Shown here: positions 26,601 through 39,249 of the stretch, piece after piece
Position numbering within the stretch: the first letter of the stretch is position 1
How the letters are laid out: each line of letters opens with the position of its first letter
Source: Raillietiella orientalis
Taxonomy: Eukaryota
Reading direction: 5' to 3'
NCBI GenBank assembly: GCA_036172245.1
Contig: JAYWIR010000015.1
Location: 2,852,001 to 2,916,000, forward strand
Length of the DNA stretch: 64,000 nucleotides
Made by a program: the position numbers and the translations under genes
The notes under the pieces: model-generated
Database searches by the model: none
What the model was told of the DNA's origin: nothing
What the model saw: the letters and a program-made list of their open reading frames with translations, nothing else

Positions 26601-27088
26601 TAAATGCCATCGTAATTTCGGAAGTGGATTGTCATAATTGTCAATAGCTTACCGTTTCAGGACACTATTGTCTTTCTGCGAAAACCGTTAACTGTTCCTT
26701 TCGGATTTTGAAAACCAGCATAGGGTTGACACTTTCGTTCAGAAACAATCGTTTGTATCACTGTTCATGGGAACAATTATAAATTTATAAATGCTGTGCA
26801 GTTAACCTGTCAGAGCACATCTGTTAGGCGGTTTGGAATAATCATGTACGTGCCCTGCACTCTTAATGCTATTAATTAAAATCATAAAAAGCTATAAACG
26901 TGCCTGCAAACCTATCTTGAGAAAACTTGCCACTGGATATGTGTCTCATTTCCAATGTATCCATTGAGAGCTCAATGAATTCCTGGCATTTGTTGTTTTA
27001 AATGTAGAGTGAACAATGGAATTGTGAATGCTTGAGGATTAAATTGTGATAGTTTTAGTTTGCAAGCAGCACTTTAGAGAAAGAAAAC

Positions 27089-28033
27089 ATGGGAGAGCAG
27101 CAGCAGTTTTCTCTCTCCTGGTCAAACTTTTCAACAACAGTGTTGTCATCCATGAATGACTTAAAGGATGAAGAAACTTTTGTAGACGTGACCTTAGCAT
27201 GTGATGGGCAATTAATCAGTGCCCACAAGGTTATATTATCTGCTTGTAGTTTCTACTTCAAATCAATATTAAAGGTATGGTAGCTTTGTATGACATTGCT
27301 CTTATCACTCTATATTTTGCAGAGCAATCCATGCCAGCATCCTGTTATTTTTATGAAAGATGTGAGTGCCCATGACTTAAATGCTATTTTAACATTCATG
27401 TACAAAGGTGAAGTGCATGTATCCCAGCAAGATTTGCCTTCACTGTTACAAACTGCACAAGCATTAAAGATACGTGGACTAGCTCAAGAAGCTCCTTTGG
27501 CTGAAGTAATGCCAGCTATATGGAAAGAACTCCTTACAAACAAGCAAGAGAACAAGGATAAAACCCTTTTGAAAACAGAGAACACATTCTTGTATGATGA
27601 ACAATTTGAATCACAGAATTCTGTACATTCAGACTTTGACTCAAAGCGATTCAAAAGTGATTTGAATACAGCAGAGCATACAGATAATCAGATAAAAGAT
27701 GAACTATGTGGATGGCCAAATGATAATGGAAACTGCTCAGATAACCAAACTGAAAGTATAACCAATGTAATGTCAAATCCTTTACAAATACCAGATGCAA
27801 CATCATATGACTTGCCATCAAGGCATAAATGCCAAGGATGCCACAAGACATTTCCCAATCGTGCAAAACTCATCCATCATGTAGAAGCTAAACACCTGCC
27901 AGATAAACCAGGTTATGTTTGTAATCTATGTGGGAAGACAGCTCCCACTCGCAATGCTGTGTACATTCATCGCAGTCGATATCACAGTTCTTGGAAGAAG
28001 CATCCTTTTCCTCCTGTCATTGATGCGACCTGA
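27089..28033 (+). CDS. Tramtrack/Broad/abrupt-type BTB domain protein with two C-terminal C2H2 zinc fingers (~298 aa); exons 27089-27274, 27323-28033
   Basis: MGEQQQFSLSWSNF...FVDVTLACDGQLISAHKVILSACSFYFKSILK|SNPCQHPVIF...LTFMYKGEVHV...LKIRGLA is a TTK-type BTB. A 48-nt phase-0 GT-AG intron (27275-27322) joins the two ORF-track pieces. Fingers: CQGC...HHVEAKH and CNLC...HRSRYH. Exact ortholog not assignable. Confidence 0.93.
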
Positions 28034-28096
28034 GTTGCCAGTTGTATTCCACCAAAGGAAGAATTGCTATGAATTGTGGCCTGATTGGATATGTAA

Positions 28097-30960
28097 TCAG
28101 TATTCCAGCAATCCATTATCACTTGCAGAGATGCTCTCATCTTCTTCATCCTCCTCCTCTTCCTGAAAAGATGAAAATTACTACCACTGACACTGAAGTT
28201 TGCTACTGACATTGAATCCAAAGCAATCCTGGACATCTTTCTGTGCTTTGGCAATCCGTTTTTTTATTTCCAATTCTTGATCCTTCTTACTTGGGATTAA
28301 AGTAAACTGCTCTCCTTGCCCAGAATTCAATGAATTATTAATCTGAATGATATTTTCCAAAGATGTATCAGCACTGTCTTCTGATAGAGGATGTGCATCT
28401 CCATCTGGCACCATCACCTCAATCACTACATATTGTTGTCCATCTTGTGCACGCAAGGGAATCATGTCAGAGGCTAGATCCATGGAAGATCCATCCAAGA
28501 GCTGAATGCGTTTCTGACGACCCAGCTTCAAAGCAATAGCTTTTTCTTCAGTATGCGATTCCGGATCATGCATGGCCATATGGCGGATAAGGTTGCCTTT
28601 ATGCCTAAATGCTTTATCACACTGAGGGCACTCATGAGTTTTCTCTCGAGGAAGAGGAGGGACATATTGGGGATTATGGTATAAATTTTGGTGTCTTTTC
28701 AACAGCTGTTTTTGACGAAATGTTTTATCGCATCGTTCACAGTGGAATGGTTTTTGATCTGTATGGATTAGCATATGGGATTCAAGGTGACGTTGAGAGA
28801 CAGAGGAATAAGGGCACAGATCACATCGGAAACATTTTTCCCCCTCATGTGACTTAGCATGCAGCTTGTAGGAATATCGATCTGGGAACGACTTTCCACA
28901 ACGGGCACATTTAAGTGGTCTTTCTGAAGTGTGCAGTTTCTGCACATGAATGCGCAAATCCGTCTTACGACCACAAGTGGTTGGGCACAGTTCACATTTA
29001 AAAATGGGCTTATTCCCTGTATGAATGAGGCGATGTGCTTTCAAAGAATTAGACTGGGTGAAGCGAGCATGGCAAATGTCACATTCATATGGTTTTTCTC
29101 CCGTGTGAATGCGAAGATGACGCTTCAGTTTGAATGTATCTGGACTGGCATAAGTACAATGGGGACACTGATATGGACGTTCTCCAGTATGGCAACGCAT
29201 ATGCCTTTTAAGTTTGCTAAGTTCTACACTTGAATAATCACATTCCGTACAACGATGGGGCTTTTCATGGGTATGACGATAACGTACATGCCTCACCAAC
29301 TCTCCAGATGTAGTGAAAGCTGCTTCACAAAATTTACATTTATGAGGCTTGGTACCAGTGTGTGTGTTAACATGATTCTGCAGAGAAGCCAGAGTCTTAA
29401 AGCCTCTTTCACAAACACTGCATTTGTGAGGTCTCTCCTCTGAATGGGACTTCATGTGACGGGACAACAGGTATCTGCCAGTTGTTACACCAAATACTGT
29501 AAACAAGAAGTGAACAACCTACCGTTTGGGGCTTGTATAATTGCAATAATTGCACATGTGGGCTTGGGTCACAGCTTGGGATTTCTTTGATGACATTTTC
29601 ATGCCTTTTCCTTTTTCGTCAGAGTCCTCAGCTGCTTCTTGCTGCAATGCACAATTAATCCATGTTCCCAAGAATCCATCACCAATACCACAAAAGCGCC
29701 TTCTTCTGCCTCTGTAAAATCATAGACTGCCAAATCTTGATCATCTCGATTATCACTAGCTAAGCTGGACATAGTTCCTTCCCCATTTTCTGATGGCTGC
29801 ATTATCAGCACATATCGTACTCCAGATGCAGCATCACAGGATGGCATGATGGTTACTGTCTGATATGCATTATTGCTCTGTAGCAATTCTGAGGATTCTG
29901 AATGCTGCATCCCACATTCCTAGCATCAGTTGATTTCCAGGTGGAGGGAGGTTCATTGGAAAAAAAAAAAATCTACCTGATCTATCTTGGGAACATCCAA
30001 TGCTCCCATTCCAGCTTGATCATCTAGAACAGCAGGAACCAAATATCAGCAGAGAACTCACCCTTAAAGCTAAATACAAGCAATCCAAAAAAAAAAAAAT
30101 ACAAATTCAAATTGCAAACAATTTCAATCATTAATTTTTGATATTCAGGTACTTCAACAACAATACTGTGTTCCTAGTGAGCAGTCAGTGCTTTTTGCGT
30201 TAAAAAACTGAGCTGCAATTTTAATACGGTAAACAACCATAAACATTAACTACTAACAGATTCTCAATCATGTGCAAAACTGCAAAGGGGGTTGATTGCA
30301 TTCAAAAGGCTAGAACTAAGCACACCACAATTCCCATATACAAAGTATAACAAGGTGCAAAACCAGTAGAAAACCTGGCAAAATGGCCATAATCTTATTC
30401 CTCTCTTCATTTTCTTCCATTTGACGGACTGTTCCATCTGGATCTTGTATGTAGTACTGACCTGTTTCATCAATGTAAAATGTACTTTCGGCAGGTACAC
30501 CATTTTCTGTTTGCAATATTGCATTATCTGAAAAATTGGAAACATTGTTCTGCTTTGGATACAAACTTTGTTTGAAATGACAAATATGAACTATCGAAAT
30601 AGCAAAACTAAAGACCACTGGAACAAAAGCATTTAAACATGCAGGTTCATTCCACCATTAGTATTAACTAAAAAATATTTCAGCAATACCTGGAAAGTCA
30701 TGAAACATGAAATCAAAATCGCTTCCTGTAATCTCTTTGAAAATTTTTGTTGCACTATTACTTATGAAGAATAGATTTCCAAATGATACTTATACGCATG
30801 CTGCTTTTAAATTTTGAAAAGACTTACACATAAAATTTTAAAAAAATTTCTTTTCATCCTCACCTTTTACTGCATTTCTTTCTGGTTCAATTTCCTTATT
30901 GAAATTATCAAGATAATTATGAATTTCTGCTATGGTTTCGACTCCATTTTCTTTTTCCAT
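28097..30960 (-). CDS. CTCF: CCCTC-binding factor CTCF (~658 aa, 11 C2H2 fingers); exons 30960-30864, 30527-30375, 30023-29977, 29919-29689, 29641-29523, 29474-28211, 28162-28097
   Basis: Eleven fingers with CTCF-typical sequence (CNYCNYTSPKRYLLSRHMKSH, CSVCERGFKTLASLQNHVNTH, FTTSGELVRHVRYRH, YASPDTFKLKRH, TCGRKTDLRIH). N-terminal IHNYLDNFNKEI and FYIDETGQYY blocks, a VYDF motif and a CFGF-acidic tail. All six introns are GT-AG and phase-compatible; the spliced CDS is 1977 nt. Confidence 0.96.
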
Positions 30961-31245
30961 CAGAATACTATGAGGAATATCAGTAGAATACAAATTTTTG
31001 ATAAACAATCTCAGCAACTAATATTTTTGAATTTTTTTTTTTCATTTAAAACTAAGCACTCTGGATTTAAATGCACCTAACACTATACAACTAAGCCTCA
31101 TTTCTTGCCTAATTCTTTAAACACTCCTTTCATTGCAATGAATTGTTTATAATAACGGCTATTATGATTTTTATTAACGATTATCTTCATCCATTTCAAT
31201 GTTTGATTACGATGCCAACTAGGGGATTTTAAAATATTTACTTAC

Positions 31246-31305
31246 AATAGTGGTTCATCTATGAACCACAGAAGGCGTTGTATAGACTCTAAGATGGCGC
31301 TTTGT
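31246..31305 (-). promoter_or_regulatory. Probable non-coding first exon/TSS region of CTCF with a YY1/Pho-like motif
   Basis: Minus-strand donor GTAAGT starts at 31245, and an acceptor (ttcctcatag) lies just upstream of the ATG at 30960. AAGATGGCGC at 31291-31300 matches the YY1-type core often near housekeeping TSSs. Confidence 0.45.
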
Positions 31306-32749
31306 TTCCAAACCCAATAATTTTCTACAACTGCCAACAGAGGACGGTTGCATTGAAAAGCGTGACATCATGGGTACCAAATATGGAGATTGCACTTATT
31401 GCATAAAATTCGTTCAAGTTGGAAATACAGTAACTATTATAAGCTGTTTAATGTTTTCAATTCAAGCACACGATGATAATAATTATATCTTACGAATAAT
31501 TGAAATATATTCAAGCGAAACGCTCTACGTCTGTAAAGTAAGCTTAGATCATAAAACTACGTATGCTCCTTTAATGACAAAATAAATAAGTCTAATGATT
31601 CATTTCATTGAAAACCTTTGATCAGTATGAAATTTGATATCTTTTCTCAGAGTAATAAATTGATTTATCATTAAGGATGTGAATATTCCTAATTAGTGCT
31701 TAGTTTGAAACTGAGGAATCTTTTTGAATTTTGCGTTTCAAAAGGGTTAAACTACACGCTACTCTTAGCACGATAGTATAATACAAATACAATTTTCTTC
31801 TAGAGATCAGGACTCCTTTTTAAAATCTCCTCTAATGTGAGTCTCGCTGCTTTCTCCACTCAATCAAGCAGTTCAAAGCAAAATTTCAATGAAGATTAGA
31901 ATGCTTAGACACGTGTACAGTAGGGCGCATTTCTGGAAACGCATGTTTGCCGTCATAAGAAAAAGCAGTGCATTACCTAATAAACGAAATGTGCGGCTTC
32001 AGATGCTAGAAATTGTTATTGAAAGCCATAAAATCTCAGTTTCAAAATCTCATGCTGATGTTGTCTTTTCTCATCTCATTTCTAATTAATAATATACAGT
32101 GAACACGGTGAAGGAGTCTGTACGTGCGTTTTCATGTACGATAAAAGTAATTCAATTTTCACTTTGAATGGAGTACATGCATTATGATACCACATCAACA
32201 GCCTTTGGTGGAGCAAAAATTTCGTATCAACAAAAAATATTTATGCACCAGGCTCATCAGGTGTCCAGCAATTCCTACATCTTCCTAAGCGAAACGAAAC
32301 CCTCAAGTCTGATGCTTAATACACGATTACTTTCGATATCAATATCGTTTTTGTGAACTTCATCTGAATTTTTCTATTAAGCAGTGCTTGATAATTCACA
32401 CGAGATTCTGATTCTGATAATTGTGGATCAACTTCCTCTTCTGATGCTGCAGACGAATTCGTCTTGGTCCTGCTTTCTAATCCAGCAAAAGATAAGTTTT
32501 GCATACCTATCAAGAATACGTAGACTTTTAGGTTCATTTGCGAAAGTATGTACTTTATTGTTTCCAAATATGTTTGAAGAGCAGTCAATGTTTTAGACAA
32601 CATACTGTCGGGACTGCTGTCCGATGGGTGTGATGGTTTCACATTGCTCGAATCGACTCGAACTCTTCAGTGTTTCCGAGGATGGACAACTGACCGGGAG
32701 AGTCAATATCAATATGTGCTTTTTGACAATAACTCTATCATTCACTTCG

Positions 32750-33830
32750 TTACAATTTCACTCCCATAGAGAAGAGGATGAAGTGCTAACATGGACGAAC
32801 AAGTATAACCAATCCGTTAGAAAAAGAAAAAAAAAGACTACTTGAAGATGCAGATGAAAGCGGAAATAAAAGTCAAGAATGGGATTCGAAGGTGAATGAA
32901 AGCACGGAAAGATCCCCCGGATTCAAAAAGCAGCTATGGTCCCGTTAAGAAATTCGCACTCCGAATGAGGAACTTTCCTCGAGGAAAGTCTGCCTATATG
33001 AGGTGGATACATTTGGGAGTCACAAATACTGGAAGCGGCAATACCAATCATGTGATTTTCAGTTCAACACATAGGAAATTGCTAACTATGGGGCAAAGAG
33101 AATGTAAAATTCAAGATCCAGAAACTCATGCAAAGTGCAGGAGTTGCTCGAAAGTGGGCCGTTGTCCAGGCCAGGAGCATAAATCCAAGAAGTGGTTCTA
33201 GCTTTTCCAGGAAAACTCCAGCTGCTTCCTACATGTAATGTCGAGGGAATTTCTAGAGAACGAAAAACATCCATCAGTTTGAAAATTTAGCCTGCATCAA
33301 ACATTCCAGCGTGAACACAAGAAAAGTGCCCGTGCGCAACAAGACTGTGTTGAGATTCAAGAAACTCGGAAAGAACGACAGATCAAAGAAGGCTTCGTCC
33401 ATGTTCAAAGTTTTCCCAGACTTCAGTTTTTGAACAGAATACAATGCTTAAAGAATGGTTCCATCCATATGTAAAGCTAAGAAATGAAGCTAAAATTCAC
33501 ATGTCCCTTGCATGTGAATCATTGCTTCTGGTGGACGTATGGAGAAGGACACCAAAGAGACTTCTGGTGGACATTTGAGGATGAGAAGAGCAGACCGAAT
33601 TTTTTTTTTTTTTGGTTGAACGTAGTCATTTGACAACCATTTACAAATTGATCACATCTTGGAATTTGACTACGTTCGTGACCGTTGAAGAGTGGAACTC
33701 CATCGTACACTTCCTCTGCAATCTGGAGAAACTTCCGGAAGTTTGAGTTTGCTTCGAAAGGTATCCATAAATCTTCTAAAAGGAAACGTCATCTGTTGAC
33801 CTGTGAGACGAAGGCGTAGAAGCCAACAAA
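32750..33830 (+). mobile_element. Possible decayed CR1/Jockey-like RT region
   Basis: RGKSAYMRWI (K.PG.DGI), ARSINP (RPI), EFLENE..S..KF (Q.GF) and SGTPS (GVPQ), in order with many stops. Confidence 0.3.
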
Positions 33831-35269
33831 TGCATATAGCAGCTCGAAACCAAAACTTTGATTTGATGATCCTAAGATGAATCCACTCGTTCCCTAGCGC
33901 CTACGTAAGGAGACGGACGACACCCCGAAGTCAGTAACGCCCTGTCAACTTGAAGACAAGGACTCAGTTGGATGTCGGAAATGAGGTGGAACTCACGGGT
34001 TCGATGTCGGGTGGACCCCGTGGAGGAGCTTTTGCATCCAACATGCACTCGCAATGCATCCAATTTTCGTTCTGATGGCAGGACAACACTGGATGGCAGG
34101 TTCTCTTTTTTCTTGGCAACACTGATTTCAATAAACAGTGTTTTTTATAGAGAGTACCCGGATGCAGCCATCTGCCATGAAGAGTGGAACTTCTGAGTGC
34201 TTTCAGTTAGAGAACCCTCAGTTTTCCATAGGCTAATCCTACAGAAGATCCTCCAATACATAGAGATCCAGACCTTCAGAACCAAGAGATGAGATACGCA
34301 TAAGAGGAAACAGCAATCGGAGCAACAGTACAGTACGGTGCTAATGGATTGTTTATTTCTTGCGAAAAGACACCTTTAATGGTTGAATACCAAACATGTT
34401 TGGCTTATGTTCGGCACGCGTATGTTTTGCTTTGTGTTTCAAAAACAACCTTCCTAATGTGTTTTTTATCTCTTGCAACCCCTATAACTCATTTGAAGCA
34501 GCCGCGGATGTGAGCCCACCGTAAGCAAGCCAAAGAAGAAAGAAAATAAAACAAATAGATCGATTAGCAGCGTGTAAAAGCAGATGGTTCCTCTTATATA
34601 ACCGTAAAACAAGCCGTTGCAATCGGATTGAGGAGGGATCCTGTTCCCAGACTTTAATCTCTCGCGAGGAGTCGGATGAAGGTTGGGGATACCCACGAGA
34701 GCGAGGCGCACAAAGAATGCCTGCTGCCGAGATCCCTCCTTCCAGCCGACCGCCTCGACAAGAAACTCGAGTGCATCTTCCTGCTCCACAGAAGGAAGCA
34801 GCGTCCACGACTGCAGCAAAGCTCGGCCGCGCCCGGCGTGCGTGACACGGACGCGCAAAAGAGTGGCGGGCAGCGCGCGTGCTGCGCCCACGGCGTAGAG
34901 CCGTCCGGGCGTGACCGGTGCAGACAGACAGAAAACCTATTCCCTCCCCCTCTCCCCCCCCCTTTTTTTTTTCATTTATCTAGGTTGCTGGATGGACGGA
35001 GCGCTCTAGCTGTTTGTCCGGAACGGACGTCCGGCGTGTCTTTGTTTTTTTTTTTTTTTTTGGTTGTTTTTTTTTTTTTTCCGTGTCTGTTGCTCTGCTG
35101 TCGTTAGGCGCTGGCTGGAAAGCGGGAAGCGGAGGGAGGAGAGTTCGTTGTTATGCTGAGCACAAACACTCTCGTCGGTTTGTTGATAGTCCGGTCGCTA
35201 GGCGACGACGGAGTGCTCCTCCCCCGAATTCGCACGGTGCAGTGTTTCGCAGGTGGCAGCAACAGGTGT

Positions 35270-36960
35270 ACGGGGATGTCCCCCGGTCGCGCTTTTCCTC
35301 CCTCTCTGGATAAAAAGCCGTCGCATTTTTTTGACTTTCAAAGTAGTGGATTTCTTTTCGTGCGGACCCACGGTCCGAGACAGGAATCAGGGAGGGAGGG
35401 AGGGAGGGAGGGAGGGAGATTCCGGTGCTGGAGGAGAGGAGGCGAATTTCCTTTTTTGGGAAGGGGAGGAAGGGAAGTTTCTCTCTCCCCTCCTCTCTCT
35501 CTCTCTCTCTCTTTTTCCCGCTATCAGTCCGTCCGAAAAGGAATTCAAGGCGGAGCTCCCGCTGAAGCACAACGGTCAATCCAGCGAAATCCGGTTCCCA
35601 CCAACATGGCTCCACCTTTTCGCTCTCTCCGCTAGGAGGGAGGAGGGGCGATGGTCCTCTGGCGGTCCGCAGAACGAGATGCCTCATGCAACCCAGAACA
35701 AAGGGGTGGAAGAGGAACAAGGGCGTTTTTCGCCGACTTCCGGGCCCATCCGGTCAACCCCCGCCCTTCTTTCTCGCTCCTCACTTTCCGAGGGCGCTTG
35801 CTACACTCGAGGGTCGTTCTTGCTCTGGGCCATTTTTTCCAGAGGTGCCCGTCCTTCCTCCCCTCCTCCTGACGACTTCTTTCGGAGAAGAGGAGGAGAA
35901 CAGAGGGGAAGAAAAAAGGACAATATCGAGAGGAAGGCGGGGAGCGGAGTCGCAAGGGCGTCCAAGGATGGAGCGCCTCCAAGCAAAGCCAAGGGATTCT
36001 CCTGGACATTCTCTCGATTCCAGGAGGACTAGGAAAAGACCTTTGAATGGGAAGGGGTCCCATGGTCCCGTCCCGCGCACTTGAGTCCAGGCAAACTCGG
36101 CGTCAAAGGACCCCATGGAGGGTTGTCCGCGACCTTTCTCCTGCGGGGGGCTGGTCTGCGGCCCGTGCCATCCCTCACGGAAGAGGACCAGGATCAGCGG
36201 GATAATGAGAGGGACTGGCAGTTGGTCACCCATCGTTTGTAGGAGTTCGCGTGCACGGAAGGGTCATGGTCGGACGCCACCTCCACGGGCAGATGGGAGC
36301 ATCCTTCCTCCGCCTCCCTCTTCCCCCCTACCGGACCGATGCTGGGCAGTGGACTCCCCTAGGAAGCAGGAGAGACGGCGACCACCCCGCTACATCGCTG
36401 CTTGACACGCGACTGGCAGAGGACCGCGAAGGGTCTCCATCCCGTTTCCCGAGGATCGGGGATGAAGGGAAGGGGGGCAGAAGTCTTCCTGGAGAGGGGC
36501 GCGTTGTTACCGCGACTGAGTCGTTACGCGCGTTCCCTCTCCCTCCCGCGGAGAAGCCGGGATCCCTTTTGGGAGGATAGCGAGCGTCCCGGAAAGCATC
36601 GTAAGGTCCCTCGGATAGCCCGAGGCGCCCCACAGTTGCCAGCGGCGCGCCGCACCGCGACGACGGGTCAGAGGGGACGAAATCTGGGGGAAGTTCCCTT
36701 TCCCTTTTCTGATCCGGCCGTGCCTCGCCGCAGACGGAAGCGCTACGAGCCGGAGGGAGAGGGTCGCCTCCGCCATCTCCCCGTTGATGCTCGCAGCCCG
36801 CCGCCGTCTCCTCTGCGGACCGCGTGCGCGCGCACAGTGACGACCCTTCCTCCGACCGCGGCGAGTGCCTTAGGGAAGAGCGCTGGAGCGTCTGTTCGCT
36901 GGGCTCCGGGAGCATCCTGGCAGCTGCTCGGAAAGGAGGGTGGAGTACCCCACCCTGGCA
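35270..36960 (+). mobile_element. Degenerate L1/Tx1-like RT and post-RT region
   Basis: WIKSR..DFF (linker), LPGPSGQPPPFF (~35737), GRKKDNI (~35910), D*EKTFE (~36027; DQEKAFD), GSRRDGDHPATSLL, RNLGEVPF, and LPP...RW...LLGKEGGV (~36930). Confidence 0.6.
35390..35512. repeat. (GGGA)n and (CT)n microsatellites
   Basis: About 7 GGGA units at 35390-35418 and about 10 CT units at 35493-35512. Confidence 0.9.
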
Positions 36961-38268
36961 GACCCTCCAATCCCGTTAAAGGCAGGGACCCTGGGCTACT
37001 AAAGGAGCCTTCCCGGGCTGGCGCGGGGCCCTGAAGGGTCGAAAGGGGCAAGAAAGAAATGGGGCGCAGGGCAGATTCCTACAGGAGTCAACGGGAAGCG
37101 AATCCTTCGGAGTCGCAGGAGGCCGTCGGTCGCGAGCACGGCTGGGTCACCCGGACGCGCTAGTCAGATGCGAAAGCTTGGCGGATGGTTTTCGGCTGGA
37201 GAAGGGGCAGATGCCCGGCAGGCGTGCTGGGAACAGAATTCCGACATGGAATTGAGTCCGGTCGCATATCGCAAGGCTGTGGCAGGGAGGGGCGCCCACA
37301 GTCGCTGTTGCCATTCTCGCTCGTGCTGTTTTCATAGAGAGCGGCAGGGCGCCTGGCAACCGGCGAAGAAAAAGGTCGCCGCCCGCAAGTATTTTTTTTC
37401 TTTCCTTCTCCGCGACAAGCTCGAAGGCTGCTTTTTCTCTCCATTCCTCCCTACTTCCCGCTGTTGCCATAGCCTCGCGCCAAACTTGCGCCATGCCAGC
37501 CAAACAAAAGGGAAGAACCATAGTGACATCAGACGGAAAGGCAGGGGGATGAGGAGGAGGCGGAGGAGGGGAGGGCTCCTATGTGCAATGGAAAGAGGGA
37601 AGCATCGAGTACCACGCGCAAGATCGACAACATCGAAATCTTGCCGACGCGTTGCGACGAGGTAGCAACAGCGCAACTCGCGGTGCGTCACCAAGTGCTC
37701 GCAGAACCAGCGTTGCCTTCAGTGCTGTCGGTTGCCAGCAGCCTGCACGTCTTCTGCCTTCGTCCTTCTCGAGGTTTCCCTATGGGGGGTGGAATCCACT
37801 TTTCGTATTTGCTATCTTCGTATCGAGCGCCGCCGGCTTTTTAGTTTCCTAAACGTGTCGGCAGATGGCAGCTGTGTGTCAGCGTAACGGATATCCGTTG
37901 CGCAAGAGATCAGCGAAGGCTGTGCAGGGACTTGGCAGCCATGCAGCCAACATTGCCGACTTTTGGTTTTCCGCGCGCGCGAGAAGCAGCACGTGCGAAT
38001 GCAGCGTTGCCAGCCGCGGAAAGCTTTTTTTTATATATATATCTCTGTAAGCATTCACTCAGAAAGCGTGCCTCTGATTTTTTCCTGTGCCCACCCTCAA
38101 GCCCGTTCCCTCTGGTGGTGGGCTGCCATGCCAGCGGAGCAGCACGGTTTCTTGATGCTCCCGACTGGCCTGCCCGCTTTCTCCGACCGGTGCTTAGCAA
38201 CGATGCGAAGGCGGCGGGAGTACGTCACGTCCGGAGCTCAGAGGGATGAGGGAACGCTCGAAGAAAAA

Positions 38269-38271
<3 letters not shown>

Positions 38272-38302
<31 letters not shown>
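38272..38302. repeat. (AC)~15 microsatellite
   Basis: Direct inspection. Confidence 0.95.
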
Positions 38303-38308
<6 letters not shown>

Positions 38309-39249
38309 CAAATCGCGGTCGCTTTACGCGATCTTTCGGAGGAGTATTTGCCGTACACGGTTACGTGATTGCACACACACCAAACACGAAAAAGCTGTAC
38401 GCTAGTGTAGCCCCAAAGCGAATGAGAATTCGGAATGGCTGCCGCCGCGTCGCGTGGCAACCGAGTGCAGCATATGCTCGTTGGGTACCGGCACGAAGCC
38501 GGCAAGCCTTCGGTTTGAAGGGCAGCGGCCACGTTGGAAGCGCTGCGAGCGGCTTTCGCCGCGCGGATCCAGCCCGCTCGCACGCCTTTCCTGCCGGGAG
38601 GCCGGGCATCCAGGCTTCGGGAAGGCTCTTCTTCCCTCTGTAGGGAACCCCGGGTCGGAAACACAAAACGGCGAGCTTCCAGAGCTTCCCGCGCGGCGCG
38701 CGACGACGTCCTCGGCAAGACGAAAAGTCTTCCAGCTCTCTGAGATAAAAAAACTATCGGAGATAAAATTCAGGCTGGGAGGAAAAGAGGGAGAGGGAAC
38801 AGAGAGAGAGAGGTGAGGGGGGAGATGATCACGCGTTCAGGAACACGCGTTTTTGCGTCACTTTCAGCGGGATGCGGCGCACAAAACGACGCCGGCTGCC
38901 TGCGAGCGACGAGGCTCTGCCGCCCGGCAACGCAGCCCCGCGTTTGCCGGCGCTGTCGCCTGGGCAGCCCCGGCGCGGACCACATGACTGATGAAAGCGA
39001 TGCCGGGGAGTTGGGAAGGTGGGGCGGAAAGGGGAAACTGTGCCGACCCGTCTGCTGCTTGTCCTTGCTCGTACCGTAACTCGTCATATCCCCTTCAAGC
39101 GTCCTCTTCGTCTGGAGACGGGGGGCGTTGTCCCCGTGAAGCAGCCATTCCGCGCGGGCTGCATGCGCGTCCCATACAGTCCAAAGCAGAGGGTGCGTGC
39201 GCCGCGAACCGGGAGGGATTGATTGCTCATCCCTCCTGGACCCGCGCTT

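Noticed and set aside
30056..30072. 8-nt microexon candidate in CTCF intron 2 (tag|CTTTAAGG|gtgagt)
   Set aside because: It would frameshift to a stop and leave a 38-nt intron; the flanking exons already join in phase.
32316..33470. Possible multi-exon gene divergent from CTCF
   Set aside because: No consistent frame or splice phase; weak RT-like motifs instead. A lineage-specific gene cannot be fully excluded.
37858..37871. CTCF-motif-like TCGGCAGATGGCAG (also ~59103)
   Set aside because: Such matches are expected by chance in 64 kb of GC-rich sequence; needs ChIP.
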